64,000 bases of DNA. Origin: Phoronis australis (lineage: Eukaryota; Animalia; Phoronida). Positions 37,301-50,256 of this stretch are shown piece by piece (position 1 is the stretch's first letter; every line of letters begins with the position of its first letter). Under the pieces are notes generated by a model. It saw only the letters and a program-made list of their open reading frames with translations. It did not search any database and was not told the origin of the DNA. The stretch is from the NCBI GenBank assembly GCA_002633005.1, contig NMRA01000001.1:3145695-3209694 (forward strand). Direction: 5' to 3'. The position numbers were made by a program, and so were the translations under genes.

Positions 37301-39734
37301 GAACAAACTGTTCTTTGATCCCCCTATCCAAACTAGACATCTGCTGAGTATCCCCGTCAGACTTTGATCTATGCAATTTCACATGGTTAGAGTCACTGCG
37401 CATAACTTTGCTCAGACTTTCAAGCGACTGACTACTCTGTAAACTAGACTGTTTTCTAGGAGAGTGAATGGGAGTGAAGCGTGTGTAACTATCATACGGA
37501 AAACTAGGTGTCGCCACAGGTCTAGGTGAACAACTGTGGGAGCCTGGATCGATGCCTGAGGAGGAGCTAGAGTCAATACTCATGTTCCATACACCGCCAT
37601 CGGGCGACTGTGTTGGCAATCGCAGATTCTCACTGAAACCCTTACCGTCCTTACCCACACCCCGTTCTCTTCCTGACTGTTGTTTCTTCACGTTGACGTT
37701 TCGGTTATCAGTGCACTTGTGGCATGGTTGACTGTCCGTAGCGTTGCTCATTGTAGCAAACCGTTTTGCAGGTAAAACGATGTAGGCCTTACCCTCTCCT
37801 TGGCAGATCACACGAGCATCATCAAACAAGTGGTGGACATGGGGAGAAAACTGCGAATTACACGTTGATTCCTTTTTACACTCTTGCTTGCCGTCATTGC
37901 TAGACAACCAGTCACAGCAGCTCACACTGTGTAAACGCGGCGGTTTCGGCGGGACATTCTTTGGTCGGAACAGCTTCTCTAACACCGGTGGGAGAGGTGG
38001 AGCATTGCTCAAAAAATCCAGCTGTGGTAGTTCATTTTTGGCAAAGAATTCACTACGCGCACTTTTTCGCGGTGTTGGTGGAGATAACGATGTCTGCTCT
38101 TTGTACTTGTTTATTCGATCCACGTCTCTTTTTGTCTCATTCAATACATGCTGCAGCAGATCAAACTCGTTTGTTTTTGACTTTTTGTCAAAAGAAGTTT
38201 GTAAAGATTTGCTAAGTCTATTGTTGTTGTTGTTACTATTGTTGTTGATGTTGTTGTTGTTGTTGTTATTGTTGTTGCCAATGATGTTATGTTGTCCTTG
38301 TTTATCACCACCACTAGTTTTACCAAACGATGTCTGAACGCACTGATGGCTGACGGTAGGCACGCGTTCCACGCTACGCATAGGGCTTGTAGCCACAGTC
38401 TTGTGCGTTCCACCAAAAGACACGTGAACATCATTGCTCAGCGATGGGCTCCACATGTGCTGATAGTTCTCTGGTGAGCCACAACTGTCCAGGCTCTCAT
38501 GAGATTTCATCCTCTGGAAAATTTCAAACAGTGTGAACGAATGTCTCTTGTTGGTGTTGTCCTCGTCAGTGGAGATCTTCGTGTCAGTTTTTTCTGACGT
38601 TTCCCGCATCTTCAGACTAGGCATGCTCTCGCTTCGTGTTTGGGGCTCGTCCGGGGTGTGAACTTCCTTCCATGTTGTGTATGTCTTCCGCAACTGCCCC
38701 CAAGTGGTCAAACTAGGAGATGCACATTCTGCATATAGATCTAATTTCTGCATCGCAGAGCCAGCGAGTTTCAACTGTGAGATGTTCCCTTGGGTCTCCG
38801 ACCCGCTGTGATGTATGGCCGTGTTCTGACTACCACTGCTACGACTTCGAGTGCCATCTGAATGTTCAGACACACTGTGAGACCTCGAGCCTCCTGATTC
38901 ACTCATTTTTGCCCAGGTTGTGAGCTGCTCTTGAGAGTCAGCCTTCCCCGCAAACACACGCTTCGGGTCCCAGTTTTCATCGGATGTCTTTATGGGACTG
39001 TCGTCAAATATCAATGTATAATTATCCTTAGGCGTTTCATAATTACACGACACCAGTTCCTCATTGCCACAGCTGTCTAAAACCGTAGCATTTTTGTCTA
39101 AACTGTCCGTTGATACTTTAACTGGGCTGCACCCAGAAGCAAATAATGGTGACTTGAAGTCTGACAAATCACTAGAGCTGACCACAGCCAGTTGAGGGTA
39201 ACCCAAATAGTCGTAAGTGAGATTCTGGAAATCTTGCGAGGACAGGAGTTCGTTATCCGCAGCATAGAAGTCTTCGCAAATTTCCTCACTGTCCGTTTGC
39301 GACAAGATTGACTTTTCTTGTTCACTCAAACAAGAATCGTCCATCATTGCAGACAACGGTGGCCTGGGACAATTGTCAACACAGTTATTAATGTTACCCA
39401 ATGCTGAGGCTTTATTGGGTGCATCATTTTGTTTACAACAAGAGAGCGGATTAAGCAGAGGCTCATTTTCATTCAAGTAGTTCCAAGCATAGACATCAGA
39501 GAGCGCTTGTGCAGTGTTAAGATCCCCAGAATCTGACATCTCCATGTCGATTTCTGCTAAACGAGCGTCAAATTGTTTCGCCTCCTCATCATTGCGCAAA
39601 AGCTCCAATGCGTTCAATCCGTGCGTGTGATTGGCCGGGAATTCACTGGATGGGTGACTCTCCAGGCCCGATGACTGCATGCTGCTGCCCTCTGTTGGAC
39701 ATGACCTCCCCTCACCATCACTTGAACACTGCAT
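25313..39734 (-). CDS. RUSC2: RUN and SH3 domain-containing protein (RUSC1/RUSC2, iporin-like), ~1619 aa
   Basis: Phase-compatible exons: 39734-36722 (acceptor at 39752, low-complexity N-terminus), 36357-36229, 35865-35789 (ELVLSTLKSAEGILGYFMQTKDPLKR), 34862-34691 (PEIGHLVVNEFCPVLHKLVTDGQK...NNAWLLVEDSCELG), 29586-29481 (PSTRALNDL...KFCAFVLGLLN), 27708-26557 (IKSLDFWLQHL...LQPLAVLPFRLDL), 25523-25313 (SH3-like YVRATRAYQASVECELSF...stop). The RUN segment matches RUSC2 as I recall it. It is probably a single co-ortholog of RUSC1/2, and the start codon is uncertain because the frame stays open to the acceptor. Confidence 0.88.
27742..28612. mobile_element. Dispersed ~870-bp repeat with tRNA-derived segment and long terminal hairpin, copy 1
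   Basis: Collinear with 62306-63190. The minus strand carries an A-box TGGTGTGGTGG and B-box GGTTCGAATCC at ~27826-27905. Imperfect inverted repeat at 28452-28610. Confidence 0.8.
30094..31634. mobile_element. pearl/HINE-like non-autonomous Helentron derivative, apparently complete; ~2 core units of ~453 bp
   Basis: Starts AACCAAGAG with hairpin CAACGC-GGA-GCGTTG. Subterminal inverted repeat ATGCGCCCACA (30120-30130) / TGTGGGCGCAT (31619-31629). (ACGG)n at ~31530-31583 and a terminal palindrome. This architecture matches bivalve pearl/CvA and DINE-1/HINE elements. Confidence 0.8.
38220..38277 (-). repeat. Coding (AAC)n microsatellite giving a poly-Asn tract in the RUSC-like protein
   Basis: Interrupted (TTG)n on the plus strand; translates GNNNNNNNNNINNNSNNNNN. 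Confidence 0.9.
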
Positions 39735-42700
39735 GTTGTCTATATGCTCTGCCTGGAATAAAATTGCACACTGTTATTACTTCAAAAAACTGAACCTATT
39801 AACAGAGTTAAATATAATCCGACTGCAGTCTGCTCAGAAACAAAAATTTCCTTATCTGGAAAATCAAAGATATAATACATCTACACAAAATGTATTCTCA
39901 CTTGAATTACTACAAAAATCAAAAGATGAATTTCAGGGAGTAAAGACACTTGGATCCTTACAACAAAAAATGAAAACAACACAAAACATGTTGCGATATT
40001 TTCAATTAGCAAAAATGAACAACCAATCCTTTGAAGTGGCCATCATGTTTAAGTCAAGCCTCAAACCAATTTAACCTAAAGGTAACCACCAGAACATCCC
40101 TCTTGATGTTGGCATGCCAGCAAGCTGACCAACTAATGTGTGGTGTGAATATACCGGTAATCTACACTCACCAGTCTTACAAACAAACTGGCAAGTCATC
40201 AACAAAAAGTTTCTAACAGACACCTATGATCGTTGAACGAAACAGTTCCTAATGGGAAGAACCAATATATAAGTTCACTAAACCTTCTGTGCATTTGTGT
40301 CTTTTTTTACTTATAATTGTTACGTTGTTGTACCATTTTATCTTCATTGGGAGCTCCTCTTTCAACAATGACATTTTCTAATCAAAACACTCATTTCAAT
40401 AAAATAAATAGAGACTTTCTCCTTAAATCTGATGCGTGGCATGACAAGATCCCCATACACTTTCAATAATATTGAGAATTCAACGTACTCGCTGTCTATC
40501 AAAGAAGGGCCCTTGCTCACCTGAGGGTATGTCAGTGCCTTTTGAATGGAGGGACATTCACCCCCGCCCCCCAGTCACCAAGTTACCCCAGTCACTACGA
40601 ATAACACGACTCCCTCACACAACCCCACCCACCTCGATGGCCACCCCTCATGATCATAGCCCAAAGTTGTCACTACTATGATCTTTCTGTTTATTCTGAA
40701 CCACTGCCAGTCACTTCTTAGAGTAGACCACCCATCAGTTCTCCTGTTTTTCTAGGAATTGGACAAGCCTCAATAGTAGGGGTGTCAAGTAAAGAACTGA
40801 GGAATCCCATGAATGACTTGCTGTGCTGAATACAGTGTGATCACCCTACACCAACAATGAATAAACTAAACCAGATTCTGTTCTCCACAGCAAAGCATGA
40901 TTGTGAAAACCTTCTGATGCCAACGTGTCCAGATGAAGTGATTCTAACCTTGAGATGACATATCATTTGAGAGATTTTGGGTCCTGAACAGAGAACAGGA
41001 AATTTCTTTTGATTTAAAATGGTTTCTAGATAGGAATGAGGCTAAAATTCGATCCTAATTTCGAGGCATGGAGGACCCTGCAAAGCTTACAAAATTAACT
41101 TAAAAATGAAAATAAAACCGCATTAGGAAGGAGGTCAGTGTTTTCACAAGACCAGAAATGCAGTACGTGTAAAAGGAACCGTTGAGTCCCTGGAACTATT
41201 TCACATGCAACTACCCTGAGTTAGTGAGGCAAAAAAGCTGATAATTTGTGAACGAACTGATGGTTCGTTAGTAATCTTGCAACTTGTTATCATAAGCAGT
41301 CTTAGATATGGATGCAAATGATCCATAGTTGGTTTCCATGCTGCAAGCTTTAAACAAGTCACTGACTGCAAATCAATACTGTCTAAAGTGATGCAATGGT
41401 TTGACAAACAAGTTTCTTGTCTGTAGCTTTTACAAGTATGGTACCAGCAAAATGAGGCTGAAACATAAACAAAGTTTACAGACCACAGGGAGTATGTGAT
41501 CAGACATCCTCTAATAAATGAAATGTGTTGCTGAAACTGACAAAGTCAGACATTAGGAAAGTACACTCTTCAGTCTGTGGCTGTACATGGTCCTCAATCC
41601 CTCGATATTGGGGCCGTACTGGGGCTGAATATCAGCCCCCTTCCCCTCCCAAAAACATTAAAAAATCATGCGAAATCCCTCTTTTCAAGTCAAAACAATT
41701 CCCCTCTAAACAATCGCAAATCCCCTTGTGGTATATATACCATAAAAAGCAATACAATATATAAACATCACAGAAATTCCCCTCTTAGTAAAAATGGCAC
41801 AAAATTCTCATCCTGATAAAAAATGCCCATTTAAAAGGTACGAGCACCTTTCCTCTAAGGTGAACGACGGCCCTGCTAAAAGCTATCAGACAAAACACCG
41901 TTTCCCCTTCCTGACAATCAATATTATGGGGGCAAAACCATAATTACAAAATGGCTTAGTAACTTTCCTATTAATTACCCTTCACTCTACGTCAGGAGGA
42001 AAACCACTCTGTCCATGAAATCTGGCTTGTGATAAGTAGTAACAATGAGGAATTACACTCGTGTTGTCTGAATTCTGCTGGCGTGTAATGCACACTTTTA
42101 TTGTCTAAGGAAAGATGAACGAAACAAAGCAGTCCTGTAACCAAGGGTGTAATCTTTCTACTCAAATCAAAATGGAAATCAAAAATTATTTTTGGCATTT
42201 TTCGTTCTACTTTGTGCAAACACAAGATGAGTGTTTCTTATTCCGTGATGGAGACCACTATGTGCAAATGACTGTCTAGTCTATCTAGTCGAAGTTCGCA
42301 TTTGATGACCCCTGGCTAAAAACTCGAGTAAGAACTCAAAATTTTGTGCAAAAAGTTGATGATGAAGGTCATTAAGTGCAAACTAAGATTAGACAGTTAT
42401 CCACGTAACCCATAGTGTATTCAAGCATAGAATAATAGATACTCAACTTGAGTATGCACAAAATTCAAGTAGAAAATGCAAAAAAATAAACTCGAGTTCT
42501 ATCTTGAGTAAAAAGATTACACCCTACGACCTGAGCTTTTGAGAATTGCACCCATAATGAATTATTTCAATTTAAATTATGATTTATTAATTTTTACGTA
42601 AAATGCAAAAACAACTGATACGTACTCATAACCAAAAAGCATCCACAGAAATCATGTGATTTTAAAAATTAAGATTTAAAATGACAATTCTCGTGGAAAA

Positions 42701-44326
42701 CCATATTAGAAAAAATTACAGTAACTGTTCTTTTTTCAAGACGATAATATAAACTTTGGCAGGTTATGCGTGCTGTGCTGCAACACTCAACCACACACAA
42801 ATACTGAAAGCATGAATCTACCTACAATCTACCAGCCAGACTAAACAGAGAAAGATAAAAAGAAATAATCAGAAGAAATGTTTCAGTTTTCAATTCATTA
42901 CATCTGACATTCTGCGCCTGACACAGCCTGGTCTGACATGTGATGGTCAGAAATGTCTTGGAACATCAACAGCTGAAGATGACTGGAACCATCCAGTAAC
43001 AGAAACTGAACATACACCAAACATTCACATCTGTTGAGATGGAAAAGCCTGTGTTAATGGAGGTCAATGCTTAAAGTAATCAGATGCAGATAAGCAGGAA
43101 ATGGAATGATGACAAATAGACATCAGAAACCTTGGAAGGAAAACTGGCCAAATTGGTTTTTCCAAACATTCACAAATTACTGCCGCCCAGCGGCCAACAT
43201 GAAATATATCGTGTTAATGGAAAAATTCAAGTTCTCAAAAATTTAAGATCTTCGTAAAAATGAAATATCCTATCACTAATAGAGTATGCAGCAAATCCAT
43301 ACATTTCCACAGAGAGGCGGCGGAAAACTAAGACATTGAAGGTAGTTAGAATATTTTCAAACATTCTTCCACCACCTGAACTGAATTTTTGATTTGAAAC
43401 ACATCATATAATGAAATTTTTTTCAAATTTGTTCCTTAGTCAAAATAGGTATTGACTTGGAAAGAACGGACAGCTTCATTCTACAAATCATGGGTGGAGC
43501 AGCACTGAAAAAAGTGGGCTATAGCCCAACAGCCAACCCCCCCCCTGTGGTGCACCGTCTATGCAAGTGTTATGGCGGGGCATTTTATGGTCCAAGCAAG
43601 ATTTCGAGGCCATTACGAACTGTCATGTAATGCCATCAAAGGTAAGAACAACTTGACATGAGCCTTGTATAGTGGTAAGTGTTTTTAGTCAAAAGTTATA
43701 GTTTCCTTGACGAAACACGAGTTAATTAATTCCACTTAAAAGTTGCTGTATACTTGCCCTCTGTCAAAAAATATACTTTTGACTTAAAGCTCTCCCTTGT
43801 TGTGGTATCAAGTTGTTCATGACTAAACAAAACAGATGATTCATCAGAGTGAGGCGCAAATTCAAAACAATTACTCGGAAAGTGATCTCATAAAAAAATT
43901 GACAGCCGAGGAAAGTTTTGTAGCTGCTCTATAAAATTTTTCGGAGATCTAATTTTTTAAGATAGAAAAGTTTCAGAATATGAAACTTCTCTGCTTGGCA
44001 AAACCTGTTTCACGTAATTCAACAGGATGAGACTTGCATTTCAAAAAGTGAAAAGAAAAATCATGAACTGCCTGTTAATTACTAGAGTCAGGCTTCTGAC
44101 TGGGTACAGGCAGAAACAGTACGAAGGCAAGGTCCCTCAGCTCTTTTACTTATTGCATAAGACTAATATATTGCTAAAACAGTATTTGCATGTCCATAAT
44201 TCTAATTTCAATTTTGCATATATATGGATATTTTGAATTTATCCATTTAGCCTCTGATACAATACTAGTTGTTTACTTAAGATTTAACTGAAGCCTTAGA
44301 AATCAGTCTCTCTCCCAACAGTAATG

Positions 44327-44370
44327 TCACACGCATACACACATGCACACACACACACACACAAACGCAC
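44327..44370. repeat. Imperfect (CA)n microsatellite
   Basis: Directly visible. Confidence 0.8.
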
Positions 44371-45361
44371 GGCTAATCGATATTTTCAACAGACGATAAT
44401 GACCTGCAACTACCAATTCCAGTTGGAGATTTCCACGGCAAAATGTCTATTATCGATCAAACTACAGATCGCGTTGTTTCCAGAAACAGAGGAGTGTGAA
44501 TAACACAAACAACGACTATCAACTAACGGTCTAATTTGTGCAATCAATAACTGTGGCCACATGAATTAAAAAATTTTTAGCCCCCAGTAAGGGAATAATT
44601 ACTAAAACGTTGATGACAGGGTGACCGATAACATGACTTGATAGAAGGAGCCTCATTAACATATTCGATAGTAATGTGACGTCTTTCGTCTAGTAAATGC
44701 AGCTCGAGAAATATTGATCCGATTCTGAGCCATGCGTTGCAGTTCACATAAGCTGAACTGATGCTGATTCATTCCCTGATGTAGAATCACACCATAGCTA
44801 CTAATGCACAACAGACGGCCTGCAGTGTAGTTCAGAGAAAGCTATTCTGGTGCTGGCAAACTGAGTATGCCAAATCGATCTAATGAAGGAATTAATAGAC
44901 GCAGCATCCATTTGAAGCTATTGACGCTCAAGTGTAGTAAATGTCATTTTCGTAATCATGACTTTAACAGACAATTTCTTCTTGGCCCAAAATCAGTTCA
45001 GGAACAGTACGGTAAAATCTCATCACTTTAGGACACAATATGGCAGACAGGTGAACTTCTATTTTCTCATCTTTTCATAAATGATATTCTAACCCACAAT
45101 AATGCTTTGCCATATCTAGTTCTGTACAATAGCAAACAAAAGAAAATATTTTGAAAATTTGAGAGAATTTACAACAATACTCTTGAAAGTGCAATTTTGG
45201 CAATTATTTTAGTGAGGTTTTACTGTACTCTGGTATGCAAGCAAACTTCCCACAATGCAGAGGTGTCCTATAACTTACAACATTTCGTTTTAGTTAGAAA
45301 ACGAGAAATACAACAACTCTGAACCGCAAAACTGAATGTGCACCTCATAACTTAAAACTTA

Positions 45362-45961
45362 AAGCATGGTCAGACTGCACGCAAGCGAGTGATGTGATTT
45401 TATTCGCATTGAATTGGAGCAACTGAATTTCTGTTTTAGTCTCCACACAGCATGCGAGCGACTGTTGCGATGAGAGCGACATCGCATGACTGAAAACTGG
45501 ACATCAACTCTCGTTATCGCGTTGCTTGAATCAATAACAGGGCACAAATTTCGATTTGACCATGACAATTTCGTAGACTTCCTCTGAAGCATGCTGATTC
45601 ATTCAATAAGAGAAGTGAAGTTATTGCAGGACGATCATAAAGACGTTCACGTAAAGCAACAGACTTGGAAGCGTATTGCCGATAAATTTAACTTGACAAG
45701 TGAGAAATATTGGATTTGAACTCCATGTTTGCATACGCTATGGTGTACATGACTTTACAAGAACTGCCATGCGCGGCATTTTGGACATCTTTCGTTGACA
45801 GGAAACACTCGCGTCAAAACCCAATAATTTGTCATCAAATACAGCAACAGAATTTTTTCTTCACAGGCCATTGTTTACGCCCAAAGTGGGCGCCCAGTCA
45901 CATGACATTGCCACACAAATCTCCCTCTCATTGCTCACAAGCAGACAGTCTGATCAGGCAT
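45362..45961 (+). mobile_element. Non-autonomous PIF/Harbinger element (600 bp) retaining a MADF/Myb-like fragment
   Basis: TTA|AAGCATGGTCAGACTG...CAGTCTGATCAGGCAT|TTA (13/16 TIR match, TTA target duplication). Internal 45591-45699 reads MLIHSIREVKLLQDDHKDVHVKQQTWKRIADKFNLT, then a GTGAG donor. Confidence 0.72.
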
Positions 45962-48900
45962 TTATTCTGGGCATGTTAGAGTCCACAATCAACCTACACA
46001 GATCTATACATCATAGCCATTCCCACATACCTCTTGACATTTCTGGATTTTCAGAACATATGGTGACCATTTGAAGATAGTAAACAGAGGCACAAATATC
46101 TAACAGCATTAAGATGGGGGAATCTCATTAATCACTCAGCCAGAACCATTAATGATGTTTGTATCAAGAATCAGTTTCACCATTAGACTCGAGTGCTTAT
46201 GAATAATACAAAGAATAAGACCACTTCAAATCCTAAGTTCAAACCGTTTACTTCCCTAGCTCTAAAAGACTTTTGATGCAATTGTCATCAATTTTTCATT
46301 AAATTCATCTTGCAAAAATCTTCAATCCAGCAAAACGCTCATTTATCAAATTCACTCCAAGTAAGGGGGACTCCTGTGTGCATGAAAAATCTGCATCGGG
46401 GGAAATAACCTTTGATGGAAAAATAACCTTATTTTAATATTCCATCATCAAATCACAGTCTCAGTTCACGTTCAATTCAAGTCTGTACCAGCAACCTAAT
46501 ATAGGTTCAAAGCTTATTGGGAACACTAAATCTCACCAATTTAGGACACAACACAACAAACACGTAAAACAATTTTTAGCTTTGTTCATAAAGTCCTCAT
46601 TACCAATAAATACTACATCATTTTTCAGTTATATACGGTACAGCTAACATCAGACAATATTTTCGCAAATTGTGGGAATTCACCTGAGTAATGTTAGAAA
46701 CTCTGAAAAACGAGAAAAGATCAATTTCGTCAATTATCTTTGACAGAAATAGGTGACATTTTACCACACCAACTAAAAGCATTTCTGAGCTGTAACAAAT
46801 TGAGGTATTTTTCTGAACAGAGCAATATGTACACTTTGATCCATTTTATAAGGATTTCAGGGTATCCAATCTAAGCTACCTCACGAACCATTCAGGTGTT
46901 TTCACTATAGGCAAACTATTTCAGTTTTGTTCGTGAGAACTTTATGAGTATGAAAATGACTGTGGTTCATGAAAAAAATGTGTTCACAACAAAAGACTGA
47001 AATGAGATGAGTGAAAGATAAAAGAAATACAGGCGAAAAGCACCGCGTTCAGAAAAAAGAACGATGTTTGCGAAATTGTCCTGCAATTCGTGAGAGAGCA
47101 GGACTGTTTACCCTGAACATTGAATGGTTAAGATGACGTACCTCAGTACAATTCTCTGTGTTCACAGGGAACTGTTCATTTTTGTTCACATCCAGACTCC
47201 ATGCAGTATTCCATTCCATTGCACATTGTATTATAACCTAGAAAACAAACAGACAAGGTGGACCTTAACTTCAGCTAAATATTGCATTCTGTTACACTCC
47301 AATTTGGACTAATTCAGGCAATAACCTAAACAGTGAATGAAGGGACAGTTTTCTTGAATCAAAAACAAGTGGCAAAGGAACAGAACTGACAAAACTTTAA
47401 CTCTAAAAACTGAACAACTCCAGGCTTAACAACCAAAGCTGAGGATTTCAAAACAGACTGACACAGAAGTTATGAAGCATTGTGTGGCATCGGATTTGAA
47501 TACTATCAAGGGAGAACACAGGGACATCATGCGACTGACACACACAAGGGTTGGTTTTTCACAACTATGAGATACGTTGGATTTCTATTCACTTTTAATT
47601 AAATAAATTAGCAGTGTAAGGCTTGTTAAATAAAATTTGAGCAATTACGGAACATCCTTTTTTTGAAAAATGGCAAAATCAATTCAAATGAAATTCAAAT
47701 GATATGATTTACAAGCACTGTTCTCCTAAATGCTGTTAGAAATTGTTTATTTCTTCCCAACTGCATGAGAAGCTATCAAAATTGTTATTTTTATGACTTT
47801 AGAACCAAAAAACTTGAGAAAGAAAGTCTAGAAATATAGAAGAAAACTTAAAAAATAATGATTATTAAGATTTCACATTATCAATGCTCCTGTCTGTTTC
47901 TATCTATGAATGCTTTTTTGCTAAGTTAATCAAAAGAGACAATCACATTATCTAATCAATGGCAGATTGGTATAAGGATTGGGGTCAAAAATAAATTCTA
48001 CAAGCTTTCTCTTCTCTGAAAGTATTTTAGTTTTTTACTGAGTAAAGTTAAATTGCTTTGCATATATTTGGGTAATGCAGTGGACTTGCTTACTAAAGTT
48101 ATTCATAACTTTAAAAAAGGACTACAGAACAGGTAAAACCCGTATGAAAGTTTACCTTTTTACAGAAGCTTACAACAAATGAAGCCTTTTGATTATGTTA
48201 CCCTCTGGAAAAAATAGTGGGCTCACGTTGATTCTCCAAAAGAGTGGATACCCCCAACTTCCAGCTGCACCGATGCTAGCATAAAAAGACAAATGCCTCT
48301 CAAACGCCTGGGACCTTGTATTGCTGTCATTTTGAGATAGGCAAATAATACAATAGTCCCTTTGTCATCCATGATTTTATGAAAGAACCGGTTTCCTCCA
48401 TTAAATAACACCAGAAGGTGTTCATTCATTTTATGTCAGCCTTCACTGTCCCTGACATATTGCTTCAATACGAGTAACTTAATACCAGGTTCTCTCAATC
48501 AGGCTCCTTGGATTCTGGCATTTAAAATAACTTCTACTTCACTTGATTGAATTAATTTTTCGAATTAATTTCTTGACAACATGGACTTGTCAGAATGAAT
48601 CAGACTTAGAACTCAGACTCAGAAATAGTCATTCTCGGAGTCGAAACCATGATGTGACTTGACGAGACCGAAAGTGGCACAAGTAACACTTGACAAGACA
48701 AGACGAGTGATGTTATCTGATCATTTCACACTCTGAATCTTCCATCGATACTGTTAAACTTAAGAAAAGCCGGTTCTAAAGCATTGTGAAAATATAAAGA
48801 AATGTTATACATACCGTTTAAAGAGTTGTGATTTCGAACAACGAAGTAATTTCTAGAAGTTTTAACCGGTCAAACTGAGATCTCTCGTTCTCTTCCATTT

Positions 48901-49139
48901 CTCATTATTGATTTTCTTCTTTACTGCAGGTGGCGCTAAGAAAGAAATCCCTGCGCTCTCTATTGCACTAATTGCAAACTATTTAGTGGGTGGAAAGGAA
49001 CGGGTACTTTCGAAACAAAATGACCACGAACGGGAAGCAGTTGCATGAACGCCGCTGCACTGAAAAAAGTGGGGGTTCTAGCCCCACCCCCCACCCCCAT
49101 CCCCCCGTGGTCCATCACCCATAGACCGTGGGCGACGGA

Positions 49140-49800
49140 GTACACTGCGGCTCTTTTCACTTTCCTGCGGGACATCACAGAAGCACGGATATGGCACACG
49201 TTTATACAAGAAGCTCGCGTGTTTGTGGACATAACACAACAGTGCTGAATACGTTCGCACTTCACACTCATGTCCAGTGAGCTAAAAAGAATTCAATTAA
49301 AATTGCTTTTCTTCTATTCTCGGTTTTGGAATATTGAATTCACGGTTGTTATGCTGTGCTACAAAACTATTTTCCGAAAGTAGAACGCCTGCAGAATTTG
49401 ATTTTTGACAGCTATCATTAGGATCACGTGACCATAACTTTTTAATAAAATTTAGCAAAGGTACATCTTTAGCAAAACCATCATATCAATAACATGAAAA
49501 TTTTCGTGCGTTACAAATGTTCAAGATGAAATCTCACAAACGCTGTTACAGTTCTCTATACTATCATTTCGTTTTCGTTTTATAAAAATCATAAAAGATC
49601 TATTTTTGTAAAAGTGGAAACTTTTACTAACAATTCCTGACAGAGTTTTGAGAACAGTGCATAAAGCACAGTATCTGAAAGTTTCATGTGAATTCGAACA
49701 GTAATTTCTCGGATATGATGTTCCGAAATTAATAGAAAATTGGGCCATTTTTCGAGAGTCCTACATAACCTTAGACACTTCAGCGTATGCTGATGCACCT
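49140..49800 (+). mobile_element. Decayed DNA transposon remnant with THAP-like fragment (Kolobok- or P-like)
   Basis: ALFTFLRDITEARIWHTFIQEAR...C*IRSHF resembles the THAP consensus F-x-F-P...W...C-x-x-HF. The adjacent 49400-49790 resembles repeats at 1-330 and 7625-8020. Confidence 0.5.
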
Positions 49801-50256
49801 ATATGGGAAACGCTTGAGCAAAATTTTCCTTGTCTAAACACATTGTTTTGATTTAAGGGGCTTGGGCCTAGTACGAGCACATAAAACTACGGTAAAGAAA
49901 TTCTCACACTGCGAAAGCGTACTGACTGAACGTGTTATTGTGATGTCATTCGGATAACATGATTACAAATACGGTCTGTGATTATTTCCGAATAGCCATG
50001 AAAACTTTTCCTCATCGAATAGTTAGTCTTGAACATTTATTGTTGCTCGAGGTTAAGTGAAGCTCAGTGGCCAAAAGCTTGGTTAATTTATTACAAATTA
50101 AAAAGTTATCAACATGCTCAAAAGTGAGGCAAAACAAGTCTCGAGGTAGCCTATAGTGCACGAGTTTGAAAACGACAATGCTCAATTACACAACTTAAAA
50201 CAAAAACTTAAGTCCAACAACTGCAACTTTGTTTTCATTTGAGGCTATTCTGAACT

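Noticed and set aside
37888-38337. 149-aa plus-strand ORF with a poly-Leu transmembrane-like run
   Set aside because: Antisense shadow of the poly-Asn codons in the RUSC-like exon.
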